A stretch of 59,650 nucleotides of DNA from a virus (Duplodnaviria; Caudoviricetes). The stretch's first letter is position 1; every line of letters starts with the position of its first letter. The translations under genes were made by a program, and so were the position numbers. The stretch is taken from positions 1 through 59,650 of IMG/VR virus record IMGVR_UViG_3300043431_000358. One strand, 5' to 3'. Below the pieces are notes generated by a model that saw nothing but the letters and a program-made list of their open reading frames with translations, searched no databases and had not been told where the DNA came from. Positions 1 through 9,411 of this stretch are shown one piece after another.

Positions 1-133
1 ACCTTGTCCACAGGTCCGCGGAATGTAGGGTCGGGGTCAGCGGCGGATCAGGTAAGTTTTACCGGCAGGTCCGTCCGGGTCGGTCGTCAGGCCGGCGCGG
101 CCTGATCAGCACGTCGAAGGTAAGTGGGGATCC

Positions 134-739
134 ATGGCCACACGCGGACGCAAGCCCAAGCCGACGAACCTGAAGCTGGTGCAGGGGAACCCCGGGAAAC
201 GGGCGATCAACAAGGGTGAGCCGAAGCCGCCGGCCGGCGATGCACTGACGCCGCCGTCGTTCCTGAACGCCCCCGCCAAAGTCGAATGGGCCCGCGTGCT
301 TGGTGACCTGCAGCGTTGCGGTCTCGTCACCACGATTGACCGGGCGGCGCTGGCCGGGTACTGCCAGGCCTACGGGACGTGGACCGAGTGCGACAAGGCG
401 CTGAAGGCCGCGGCCCGGCTGGACCGGGCCAATGCCAAGGCGGCGCTGGCCATGCTGATGCCGGGCGACAAGGTCGGCCAGGCCGCGGTGGGTGCGCAGC
501 TGGCCTCCGCCGGCCTGCTGGCCACCACGACGAACGGCAACGTGATCCAGTCCGTGCTGCTGGGGGCGCGCAACCGGGCGATGGAGCTGTGCCTCAAGTT
601 CGGTGCCGAGTTCGGCATGACACCCTCAGCGAGGTCCCGCATCGATGTCAGCATTGGCGACAGCGCCCCGGCAGCCGGCCAAGGCCAGGGCCAAGGTAAG
701 CAAGCCGCCGCCGGCGGGCCAGGCTCCTACCTCACCTGA
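134..739 (+). CDS. terS: Terminase small subunit (P27 family-like)
   Basis: N-terminal RGRKPKPT..K...GNPGKR and C-terminal EFGMTPSARSRI motifs; upstream of terL. Confidence 0.92.
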   Translation: MATRGRKPKPTNLKLVQGNPGKRAINKGEPKPPAGDALTPPSFLNAPAKVEWARVLGDLQRCGLVTTIDRAALAGYCQAYGTWTECDKALKAAARLDRANAKAALAMLMPGDKVGQAAVGAQLASAGLLATTTNGNVIQSVLLGARNRAMELCLKFGAEFGMTPSARSRIDVSIGDSAPAAGQGQGQGKQAAAGGPGSYLT

Positions 740-2477
740 TCCGGTCACGGCCTACGCCCAGGACGTGGTGGCGGGGCGGGTGGTGGCGGGGCCCTACGTC
801 CGCGCCGCCTGCCAGCGCCACCTGCGGGACCTGGTGGAGGCGCCGGCGCGGGGCTACCGATTCGACCTGGCGCTGGTGGCGCGCGTCATCGGCTTCTTCC
901 GTGATGTGCTGCGGCTCAACGTGGGCGAGGCCAGCTCGGCCGAGCTTCGACCATTCGTGCTGGAGCCCAGCCAGGCCTTCATCGCGGGCAGCTTGTTCGG
1001 GTGGGTGAGCGCTGCGACCGGCATGCGGCGGTTCCGCACCGCCTACATCGAACAGGGCAAGGGCAACGGCAAGAGCCCGTTCGCCGCCGGCCTGGGCCTG
1101 TACGGTACGGTGGCCGACGACGAGCCTGGCGCCGAGTGCTACGCCGCGGCAGCGAACCTCGACCAGGCGCTGATCATGTTCCGGGACGCGGTGGCCATGC
1201 GCGACCAGTCCCCGGTGCTCAAGGCCGCGCTCGTGAAGCACGGCGGCGCCAAGTGCACGAACCTCAGCTACGCGAAGAGGGGCGCGTTCTTCCGGGCGGT
1301 CACTGCGTCGGACGGCAAGTCGGGCCCGCGGCCGCACTTCAGCCTGGTCGACGAGCTGCACGAGCACCCGAACGCCGACGTTGTGGACATGCTGTCGGCC
1401 GGGCAGAAGGGGCGCCGCCAGCCGTTGCTCGTCGAGATCACGAACAGCGGGTTCGACAAGCAAAGCGTCTGCTACGCCCACCACGAGTACAGCATCCGTG
1501 TCGCCGAGGGGCTGGAGCACGACGACACCTGGTTCGCCTACGTCTGCGCGCTGGACAAGAAGGACGACCCTCTGGTGGACGAAGGCTGCTGGATCAAGGC
1601 GAATCCGCTGCTGGGCGTGACGATCCAGCTGGAGTACCTGCGCAAGCAGGTGCGCGAGGCGATCGGCATGCCGTCCAAGCAGAGCACGGTGAGGCGCCTG
1701 AACTTCTGCCAGTGGGTGGACGCCAAGAATCCATGGATTGACGGCCCAACCTGGCTGGCGGTGGAGCACGAGTGGGACGCGCTGGAGGAGCTGGCGCAGT
1801 GCGACGAGGTGGTGGGCGCGCTTGACCTGTCCGGCACGCTCGACCTGACCGCGCTGGCGCTGGCCGGCCGCCATTCCGAGACGCCCGACCAGTTCATTGC
1901 GCGTGCCGAGTTCTGGACGCCGGCTGACACGCTGCGCGAACGCGCGCGAAAGGACAAGGCCCCGTACGAGCTGTGGCGGGATGCTGGCCACCTCAACGCC
2001 ACGCCCGGCCGCAGCATCGACTATTCGGTCGTGGCCGAGCGCATCCTTGAACTGCAGCAGATGCTGCCGGCCCTCAAGGCCCTGGCGTTCGATCCCTACC
2101 GCATCAAGTACTTGGAAAGGGAGATGGAGCTGCTGGGCGTGGAGATCGAACTGCGGCCCCATCCGCAGGGCTACTTCAAGCCGCAGCCGAAGAAGGATGC
2201 GCAGGGCAATGACCTGCCGGTGCTGTGGATGCCTAGGTCGATCGAGGTGCTCAGCAAGAAGGTGGTCGACAAGAGGATCCGGGTGGAGCGGAACCCCTGT
2301 CTGACCTGGAACGCGGCCTCGGCGGTGCTGGAGGCGGACGGCAAGAACAACTCGATTTTCCAGAAGCGCAAGAGCTACGGCCGCATCGACGGCCTGGTGG
2401 CGGTGGCGATGGCGGTGGGCTTCCTGGACCTGGGTGGCACAATCGCGCCAACGGAGCCGAACATCAGATGGCTGTGA
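645..2477 (+). CDS. terL: Terminase large subunit
   Basis: Walker A GKGNGKS, Walker B LVDELHEH, nuclease motifs LDLS and RIDGLVA; exact start uncertain (overlaps terS). Confidence 0.95.
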   Translation: MSALATAPRQPAKARAKVSKPPPAGQAPTSPDPVTAYAQDVVAGRVVAGPYVRAACQRHLRDLVEAPARGYRFDLALVARVIGFFRDVLRLNVGEASSAELRPFVLEPSQAFIAGSLFGWVSAATGMRRFRTAYIEQGKGNGKSPFAAGLGLYGTVADDEPGAECYAAAANLDQALIMFRDAVAMRDQSPVLKAALVKHGGAKCTNLSYAKRGAFFRAVTASDGKSGPRPHFSLVDELHEHPNADVVDMLSAGQKGRRQPLLVEITNSGFDKQSVCYAHHEYSIRVAEGLEHDDTWFAYVCALDKKDDPLVDEGCWIKANPLLGVTIQLEYLRKQVREAIGMPSKQSTVRRLNFCQWVDAKNPWIDGPTWLAVEHEWDALEELAQCDEVVGALDLSGTLDLTALALAGRHSETPDQFIARAEFWTPADTLRERARKDKAPYELWRDAGHLNATPGRSIDYSVVAERILELQQMLPALKALAFDPYRIKYLEREMELLGVEIELRPHPQGYFKPQPKKDAQGNDLPVLWMPRSIEVLSKKVVDKRIRVERNPCLTWNAASAVLEADGKNNSIFQKRKSYGRIDGLVAVAMAVGFLDLGGTIAPTEPNIRWL

Positions 2478-4111
2478 ACCCTGTCGCGGCGATTCGAAAT
2501 GCATGGCGCGCGATGCGGGCGCCGGCCGCGGCGTCTGCCCAAGCCGCCCTCCAGTCGCAGCCCGCGGACCCGCAGCGCGGCACGATCCTGCAGGTGATCA
2601 CGCGCAACCACGCCGACGTGCGGGTTACCCCTGATGTGGCGCTGATGGTCTCGGCGGTCTGGGCCTGCATCGATGTGATCGCGGGCACCATGTCCGCCAG
2701 CAACTGGGACGTGTACGGCGGCGTGCGCGACGGCGGCAATGAGTACCTATTGCCAGGCGACGCGACACACTTCATTTTGAACACTCGGTGGAACCCAGAG
2801 ATGACGGCCCAGGCCGCCAAGCGGGCGCTGTTTATCAGCGCGGTTGGCATGGGGAACGGCTACGCCGAAATCGAGCGCGACATGGCCGGCCGGGTGGCTT
2901 CGATCTGGCCCATTCGGTCGGACCGAGTAGAGCCGATGCGAGACATGGGCACGGGCCGCCTCTATTACCGCGTGCACAACGACCTGCGTGCGGGATGGGT
3001 GGACCTGGACCCGCGCGACATGCTGCACATCCGTGGGCCTGGTGTGGATGGGCTGCTGGGCGACAACCCTGTGGCGCGAGCGGTTCAGACGATCGCCAAG
3101 GCAATCGCGATCGATCAGTTCACGGCGTCCTACTTCGGGAACAACACGCAGCTTGGCGGTGTGCTCACAGTACCCGGCAAGTTGGACGACGTCACCTACG
3201 ACCGCTTGAAGAGCCAGTTGGAGGAGCGCCACCGCGGCGCCACCAAAGCGTTCCGGGAGGCGATCCTGGAAGGTGGCATGAAGTGGGAGGCGGTCAGCAC
3301 CGAGGCAGAGAAGGCCCAGCTCATCCAGGCTGCACAAAACTCTGTCGAGGAGATCGCGCGCTGGTACCACGTCCCGCCGCACAAGATCGGACACTTGGCG
3401 CGCTCGACGAACAACAACATCGAGCACCAAGGGCTCGAATTTGTGCGCGACTCGATGCGGCCGTGGCGCGTCGAGACCGAGCAGGAGTGCGACTACAAGT
3501 TGTTCCCGGCGCGCGGCGTGCGCCGCTTCGTGTGCGTGGACCTGGACTGGGCCACCGATGGTGATTTCAAGTCCCGCATGGAGGCCTTCCAGATCGCCCG
3601 CGGCATGGGGGTGTTCAGCGCGAACGACATCCTGCGCAAGCTGGGCGAGAACACCATCGGGCCGGAGGGTGACCTGCGCATCGTGAATGGCGCGGCCATC
3701 CCGCTCAAGGACGTTGGCAAAAACTACGCGGTGGCCGCGCCGGCGCCGGCCGCAGCACCTGGTGCCGATGGCGCTGAGCCGGACGGTGCGGAGGAGCCAG
3801 ACGACGGCGACACCTCAACGATCGAGGCCTGGACCCGCAGCGTGCTGGCCCGCGTGGCTGCGCGGCGCGACAACCGGGCCGCGGACCTGCGCCGCGGCGG
3901 CAAGACGGCAGAGGACGCGATGGCGCAGGCCCAGGCCGACACGGTGCGGGCGCTACCCACCATGTCGGCCGACCTGCTTGACATGCTTGACGCCTGCTGG
4001 CCCGGCTCGGCCGCGCGGCTGCAGTTTTTCAATGCGGCGCGCGCGGTCGCTGCCGGGGGCGCCCCGGCCGATGCGGCTGCCGAGTTCATTCGGACGGTGA
4101 GGGCACCATGA
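2468..4111 (+). CDS. Portal protein, HK97 family, with C-terminal extension
   Basis: SAVWACIDVIA, GNGYAEIER, ILEGGMKW, EIARWYHVPPHKIG, NNIEHQ motifs. Confidence 0.95.
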   Translation: MAVNPVAAIRNAWRAMRAPAAASAQAALQSQPADPQRGTILQVITRNHADVRVTPDVALMVSAVWACIDVIAGTMSASNWDVYGGVRDGGNEYLLPGDATHFILNTRWNPEMTAQAAKRALFISAVGMGNGYAEIERDMAGRVASIWPIRSDRVEPMRDMGTGRLYYRVHNDLRAGWVDLDPRDMLHIRGPGVDGLLGDNPVARAVQTIAKAIAIDQFTASYFGNNTQLGGVLTVPGKLDDVTYDRLKSQLEERHRGATKAFREAILEGGMKWEAVSTEAEKAQLIQAAQNSVEEIARWYHVPPHKIGHLARSTNNNIEHQGLEFVRDSMRPWRVETEQECDYKLFPARGVRRFVCVDLDWATDGDFKSRMEAFQIARGMGVFSANDILRKLGENTIGPEGDLRIVNGAAIPLKDVGKNYAVAAPAPAAAPGADGAEPDGAEEPDDGDTSTIEAWTRSVLARVAARRDNRAADLRRGGKTAEDAMAQAQADTVRALPTMSADLLDMLDACWPGSAARLQFFNAARAVAAGGAPADAAAEFIRTVRAP

Positions 4112-4812
4112 CAATCCTGGCGAAGACGAAGGGCAAGCGCGGCGAGATCTACGTCTACGAGGCAATCGGGGACGGGTGGGTCGGCGGCATCACGGCCAAG
4201 TCTTTTGCCGACACGCTGGCGAAGCTGAGGGACGTGACGGCGCTGGACATCTACATCAACAGCCCGGGGGGCGGGGTGTTCGATGGCATCGCGATTTACA
4301 ACCAGATCCGCCGCTGGGACCGCGGGGAACGCATCGTGCACATCGACGGCATCGCGGCCTCGATCGCCAGCGTGATCGCCATGGCCGGCGACGAGATCCG
4401 CATCGCGGCCAATGGCCAGGTGATGATCCACGAGCCGTGGGGCATGGCCTACGGCACGGCCGACGACATGCGCAAGAGCGCCGAAAGCCTGGACGGTGTG
4501 CACGAGACCATCCTCGACACGTATGTTTCGCGCACGAAGGGTGATCGCAAGGATCTGGACAAGCTCATGCGGGCGGAAACCTGGATGCTGGCCGACGAGG
4601 CGGTGCGCCGCGGCTTCGCCACCAGCAAGACCGAGGAGAAGACGCCCGAGATGGAACCGGCGGCCATGGCGGCCACGATGGCGCTGCTGGACAAGTACCG
4701 CAACACGCCGGCCAACTTGCGCGCCACGTCAGTGGCCGCCAACGCCAAAGTGGCGCGGATGTCAATGCGCGTGCAACAATTGCGCGCGGGGGCCAGCCCC
4801 CGGAACGCGTAA
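4108..4812 (+). CDS. ClpP-like head maturation protease
   Basis: INSPGG.VFDG.AIYN, DGIAASIASVI, MIHEPW, AETWM; lies between portal and capsid. Confidence 0.93.
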   Translation: MTILAKTKGKRGEIYVYEAIGDGWVGGITAKSFADTLAKLRDVTALDIYINSPGGGVFDGIAIYNQIRRWDRGERIVHIDGIAASIASVIAMAGDEIRIAANGQVMIHEPWGMAYGTADDMRKSAESLDGVHETILDTYVSRTKGDRKDLDKLMRAETWMLADEAVRRGFATSKTEEKTPEMEPAAMAATMALLDKYRNTPANLRATSVAANAKVARMSMRVQQLRAGASPRNA

Positions 4813-4854
4813 CGGCCAGCCGGACGCCAACCTACCCACCGAAAGGAATCGGCA

Positions 4855-6336
4855 ATGCGTACGAACCTCCACCTGGCCCTAACCGCCACCGCCGTTGCGC
4901 TGTGCCTGGGCTTTCCCATCAACGCCGGCAGGACCGATCAGCGGCTGCCGGTCATCCGCGCCGACGGCGTGCAGATGGAACACCTCCAGGCCCGGCTCGC
5001 CGAACTGGACAGCTCGGCAAAAAACATCATTGCGTTCGCCGAGAGCGAGAAGCGGTCCCTCAACGGCGACGAGGTCAAGGAACTCGACAAGATCTACGCC
5101 GCGTTCGAGGAGGTGGACGCCGAAATCAAGGTCCGCGAGCGCGCCGCCAACATGTCGGCCCGCGCCGCTGGCGGCGGCGGCCGGCAGACCAATCCGGACC
5201 TGACGCCCACGCAAGTGGCTGCTGCTGCCGGTGACGATGTGCCGGCCGCAACCCAGCAAAGCCCGGCCCTGGCCCGGCGCGTGGCCGCCAGCGCGCGGTC
5301 GACCGACACCGGCAAGTGGGGCTTCCGTTCGCCGGGCGAGTTCATCGTCGCGGTGTTCCGCGCCTCGGCCCGCGGCGCCAGCCCCGACCCGCGCCTGATC
5401 GCAAATGCGCCCACCACCTATGGGCAGGAGGGCGTGGGTGCCGATGGCGGCTTCGCGGTGCCGCCCGATTTCCGCGCGACCATCATCAAGAAGGTGGCCG
5501 GCGAAGAGTCGCTGCTGTCGATGACCGACCAGCAGACCACCAGCAGCAACAACATCACGTTCCCCGTCGACGAGACGGAGCCATGGGGCACTTCGGGCGT
5601 GCGCGTCTACTGGGAAAGCGAGGGCGGGCAGAAGACCCAGAGCAAGCCGCGCCTGGCCGAGTCCACCGTCAAGGCGAACAAGCTCATCGCGCTGGTGCCA
5701 ATGACCGACGAGCTGCTGGACGACGCCCCGGCGATGACCTCGTGGCTGAACACCAAGGTGCCCGAGCACATCGACTACGCCGTCAACGCCGCCATCATCC
5801 GCGGCAGCGGCGTGGGCCAGCCGCTGGGCATGCTCAACAGCGCGGGCCTGCTGACGGTGGCGGCTGAGAGCGGCCAGGCCGCTGACACGCTGCGCTTCGA
5901 GAACATCGTGAACCTCTACACCCGCATGCCGGCGAGCAGCAAGCGCCGGGCCGTGTGGCTGATGAACGAGGACAACGAGGCCCAACTGATGAAGATGCAG
6001 TTCCCCGGCACGGGCACGGCCGTCCCGGTGTACCTGCCGCCCGGCGGCTTGTCCGCTGCTCCCTACGGCACGTTGATGGGCCGGCCGGTTATTCCCATGG
6101 AAGCCATGTCCGCCCTCGGCGATGTGGGTGACATCGTCTTCGCCGACATGTCCAAGTACATGACCTTGGTGAAGGGCGGGCTGAAGCAGGACATCTCCAT
6201 CCACCTGTGGTTCGACTACGACATCACGGCCTTCCGCTTCGTGCTGCGAGTCGGCGGAAAGCCCTGGTTCAACAGCGTGATCACCCGCGCGAACGGCCTG
6301 TCGCGTTCGTTCTTCGTCACGCTCGGCGCGCGCTGA
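4855..6336 (+). CDS. Major capsid protein (HK97 fold)
   Basis: Coiled-coil delta-domain-like N-terminus, GADGGFAVPPDF, ELLDD, G.G.GQPLG, LMGRPV motifs. Confidence 0.95.
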   Translation: MRTNLHLALTATAVALCLGFPINAGRTDQRLPVIRADGVQMEHLQARLAELDSSAKNIIAFAESEKRSLNGDEVKELDKIYAAFEEVDAEIKVRERAANMSARAAGGGGRQTNPDLTPTQVAAAAGDDVPAATQQSPALARRVAASARSTDTGKWGFRSPGEFIVAVFRASARGASPDPRLIANAPTTYGQEGVGADGGFAVPPDFRATIIKKVAGEESLLSMTDQQTTSSNNITFPVDETEPWGTSGVRVYWESEGGQKTQSKPRLAESTVKANKLIALVPMTDELLDDAPAMTSWLNTKVPEHIDYAVNAAIIRGSGVGQPLGMLNSAGLLTVAAESGQAADTLRFENIVNLYTRMPASSKRRAVWLMNEDNEAQLMKMQFPGTGTAVPVYLPPGGLSAAPYGTLMGRPVIPMEAMSALGDVGDIVFADMSKYMTLVKGGLKQDISIHLWFDYDITAFRFVLRVGGKPWFNSVITRANGLSRSFFVTLGAR

Positions 6337-6393
6337 TCACCCAGTGCCGCGGGGCAGCCCGCGGCCGGCTCACCCTCTTCGAAAGGAACTGAC

Positions 6394-6846
6394 ATGCAAC
6401 CGAACCAAACGCCCAGCGAGCAAAGCGCTGTGCTGGCGTGCATCGACCCGGACGCCTACACGGCGGCCACCTACACCACCGGCTGGGTGGCCCTGGGCGA
6501 GTGGGACTACGTGCAGGCCATCATCATGGCTGGCGCCCTGGGTTCCAGTGCCACGCTCGACGCCAAGCTCACGGCCGCATCGGACAGCAGCGGCACCGGG
6601 CCGACTGACGTGACGGGCGCGGCCATCACCCAGCTTACCCAGGCCGGGACCGACTCTAACAAGCAGGCGCTGATCAACCTGCGCATGGACTCGCTGGCCG
6701 GCCTGGGCTTCACGCACTTGCGGCTGAGCATGACCGTGGGCACGGCCACGTCGGACGCTGGCGCGCTGCTGCTGGGCTTCGGCGCCAAGTACGCACCGGC
6801 CAGCAACAGTGATGCCACCACGGTCGACAGCATCACGACGGTGTGA
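6394..6846 (+). CDS. Putative head decoration/capsid-associated protein
   Basis: Directly after capsid, strong RBS (gaaaggaa), Thr/Ala-rich; function inferred from position. Confidence 0.55.
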   Translation: MQPNQTPSEQSAVLACIDPDAYTAATYTTGWVALGEWDYVQAIIMAGALGSSATLDAKLTAASDSSGTGPTDVTGAAITQLTQAGTDSNKQALINLRMDSLAGLGFTHLRLSMTVGTATSDAGALLLGFGAKYAPASNSDATTVDSITTV

Positions 6847-6848
6847 CC

Positions 6849-7265
6849 ATGACGGCGCCGCCCAGCAGCACCAAGACGATCCGCTTCACTGAGGCGGCCG
6901 AAGTGGACTACCTTGACGGCGCCGGCCTGCGCAAGTACGCCGAGGGGTCCACGCACACGATGCGGTCCGACAAGGCGGACCGGTGGATCCGGCGCTCCAA
7001 GGCCGTGGACGTCACGTTGCGGGAGACCGTGGACGTGGCGGGCCCAGCGGTGCTGCGCCAGCCGGGCGACGAGCCGCGCGCACCGGCCGCTCCGGCCGCG
7101 GCACCGGCCGCTCCGGTCACAGCAGGCGGCGCGATGGCGTCGGGAGTACCCCAGCATGGCAACACCGTGGCGAGTGCCCCTGCTGTGGCCGGGGCGGACG
7201 GTGGCGGTGATGGCCAGCGGGCCGTCAATGTCGGCGACCGTGGCCGAGGCGGTTCGCGCGAGTGA
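6849..7265 (+). CDS. Hypothetical protein
   Basis: Fills the gap after the decoration gene, Ala/Pro-rich tail. Confidence 0.55.
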   Translation: MTAPPSSTKTIRFTEAAEVDYLDGAGLRKYAEGSTHTMRSDKADRWIRRSKAVDVTLRETVDVAGPAVLRQPGDEPRAPAAPAAAPAAPVTAGGAMASGVPQHGNTVASAPAVAGADGGGDGQRAVNVGDRGRGGSRE

Positions 7266-7815
7266 CCTGCCGTCGATCGCGGTCAACGACACGCACCGCT
7301 TAGCCCCCTGGGCGGCGGTGCTCTACGCAGCGGATTCATCCTGGTGGGCGCACCACGCAGCCGAAGCGCTGCACTTCCCCGGCATCAAGGCCACGGCCAA
7401 CGACAGCGTGCCGTATCGCGCGGTGCACCTGCTGCGCCCAACCGGCATCGAAGGCTTCGACCCCGACCCAGGCTGCCTGCGCACCGGTGGGAACGGCGGC
7501 TACCAAGCGCTGCACCTGGCCGTGCATGCTGGCGCCACCCGCATCCTCCTGTTCGGATTCGACCTGGACGACAGCGCCGGCCGGCACTGGCACGGCAGCC
7601 ACCCCGAGCCACTCACCAACACCGCCACGGGCGTGTTCGCGATCTGGCGATCCCGCTTCGCCACTCTGGTGGAGCCCCTGCGCGCGCGGGGTGTGCAGGT
7701 GGTCAACTGTGCGCCACAATCGGCGCTCCACTGTTGGCCGCTGGCCGACCCTTTCGAAACTCTCGCAGGAGCGCGAACTTGCCCGACGTCATCAACATCA
7801 CCGCCCGTGGCCTGA
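7156..7815 (+). CDS. Maf/DUF115-like (sialyltransferase-fold) putative glycosyltransferase
   Basis: VAVMASGPSM, IAVND, LYAAD..WW, GGNGGYQALHLA..AGA.RILLFGFD, VVNC motifs; ATG at 7156 chosen within the 6913 ORF. Confidence 0.7.
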   Translation: MATPWRVPLLWPGRTVAVMASGPSMSATVAEAVRASDLPSIAVNDTHRLAPWAAVLYAADSSWWAHHAAEALHFPGIKATANDSVPYRAVHLLRPTGIEGFDPDPGCLRTGGNGGYQALHLAVHAGATRILLFGFDLDDSAGRHWHGSHPEPLTNTATGVFAIWRSRFATLVEPLRARGVQVVNCAPQSALHCWPLADPFETLAGARTCPTSSTSPPVA

Positions 7816-8072
7816 GCAAGGCCAGTCACATGGCCAAGGAACTGGCCGAGATCGAATCCGCACTGGACACGCCACCCGAATACCGCAAGGACATTGCCGC
7901 GCTTGTCGGTCTGGACGGCTACAAAGTGTCTGTGCCGTGGTCACTGGTCCAGCAGGAGCTGCAGGAGAAGCGGGCCAAGCTGCACCTGGCGCTGCAGGAG
8001 ATGGGCATCCACCTGCTGCCGCCCGAACCCAAAGAGGCGCCGGCATTGGTCCCAATCTGCCCGTCCCTGTAA
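7779..8072 (+). CDS. Hypothetical protein
   Basis: TTG start with aggag RBS; fills gap between neighbours. Confidence 0.5.
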   Translation: MPDVINITARGLSKASHMAKELAEIESALDTPPEYRKDIAALVGLDGYKVSVPWSLVQQELQEKRAKLHLALQEMGIHLLPPEPKEAPALVPICPSL

Positions 8073-8077
8073 CGTCT

Positions 8078-8887
8078 ATGCGCGCGCTGTGCGTGCTCCG
8101 CGCCGCCCCGGTCTACCGGCGCGACGCCGTCTTCCAGGGCCTGCGAGCGGCCGGCTACGAGGTGCACACCAAGATGATGCCGCATCTGTGCGCCAGCGAC
8201 ATCATCGTGTCCTGGAACCGGTACGGCGTGCCGGACCAGCAGGCCCACATGATCGAGCGGGCCGGCGGCCGGGCCGTCATCATGGAGAACGGCTACCTCG
8301 GCAAGGAACTGGCCGGGGACAGTTGGTATGCCCTGTCGGTCGGCCACCATGCCGGGCGCGGGTCCTGGCCTGGAAGCGGCGAGCCGGCCGGCCACTGGAG
8401 CATGGCCACCGGTGCCGGTGCGGCTGCGCGGTGGGACGACCTGGCCATCCCGCTGGCCCCCTGGCGCGAGCCTGGCGGGGAGACCATCGTGCTGCACCAG
8501 CGCGGCATCGGCGAGCACGGCATTGCCTCGCCGCACCGGTGGGCCGAGGACCTGACCCCGCGCATCAAGGGCGCGCGCATGCGGGCGCACCCGGGCGCGG
8601 GCAACACCACCGACCTGGAGCACGACGTGCGCAAGGCCTCGGAGGTGATCACCTGGGCCAGCGGGGCCGCGCTGCGCTGCCTGGTGATGGGGATTCCGGT
8701 TTGGTACGCGATGCCAGGGTGGATCGGCGCGCCGGCCTCTCTGCCGCTCCAGGAGCGCGCGCGCGGGGTGCTGCCGCTGCGCGACGATGCCGCCCGACTG
8801 GGCATGCTGCGCCGGCTGGCCTGGGCCCAGTGGCGCCTTTCGGAGATCGAGAGTGGACACGCTTTCCGCACCCTCCTCGGCGTCTGA
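8078..8887 (+). CDS. Capsular-polysaccharide-synthesis (KpsC/KpsS-like, GT-B) putative glycosyltransferase
   Basis: MENGYL, RAHP, ITWASGAAL..LVMGIPV, LAWAQW..SEI.SG motifs. Confidence 0.65.
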   Translation: MRALCVLRAAPVYRRDAVFQGLRAAGYEVHTKMMPHLCASDIIVSWNRYGVPDQQAHMIERAGGRAVIMENGYLGKELAGDSWYALSVGHHAGRGSWPGSGEPAGHWSMATGAGAAARWDDLAIPLAPWREPGGETIVLHQRGIGEHGIASPHRWAEDLTPRIKGARMRAHPGAGNTTDLEHDVRKASEVITWASGAALRCLVMGIPVWYAMPGWIGAPASLPLQERARGVLPLRDDAARLGMLRRLAWAQWRLSEIESGHAFRTLLGV

Positions 8888-9395
8888 GGCCTTCGAGGCC
8901 CTGCACGTGCGGCCTGAGCCGGGCCGCGTGCTGATCGTCGGCTCGCGGGTCTACGGCAGCCGAGAGGACCGCCGCACCCGGCACGCGCAGGCGGTGGGCG
9001 TGGACATGTTGCCTGGCCCTGGCGTCGATGCCGTCATCGACATGGAGACGCCCGCGGCGCTGGCGCTGGGAGTGTTCTCGCACATCGAATGCGTCGCGGT
9101 GCTGGAGCACAGCCGGCGCCCGTGGCTGCTGGCCGCCAACCTGGAGCGCATGCTGCTGCCGGGCGGCACCATCCACCTGACGGTGCCATTCGTCTGGCGG
9201 GTGCACGCCTACCCGCATGACTACTGGCGGTTCACGCTGGACGGCGTGCGCCAGCTCCTGCCAGGCGTGGCCTGGGAAGCCCTGGTCTACGCCCACGTCT
9301 TCGAGACCCCCAAGAACCACCTTCCCCGCACGACGGTGGACGGGTTCCCCTACTTCGCCCGCACCGAGGTGTGCGGATTCGGCCGACTGGCCTAA
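8853..9395 (+). CDS. Class I SAM-dependent methyltransferase
   Basis: VLIVGS, GVDMLPGPGVD, VLEH...PW, LLPGG, VHAYPHDYWRFT. Confidence 0.8.
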   Translation: MDTLSAPSSASEAFEALHVRPEPGRVLIVGSRVYGSREDRRTRHAQAVGVDMLPGPGVDAVIDMETPAALALGVFSHIECVAVLEHSRRPWLLAANLERMLLPGGTIHLTVPFVWRVHAYPHDYWRFTLDGVRQLLPGVAWEALVYAHVFETPKNHLPRTTVDGFPYFARTEVCGFGRLA

Positions 9396-9411
9396 ACATT
9401 GAAAGTGATGC

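Noticed and set aside
4855-4930. Signal-peptide-like N-terminus of the capsid protein
   Set aside because: Lies in the presumably cleaved delta-domain region; export of an HK97-type capsid is implausible and the start could be downstream
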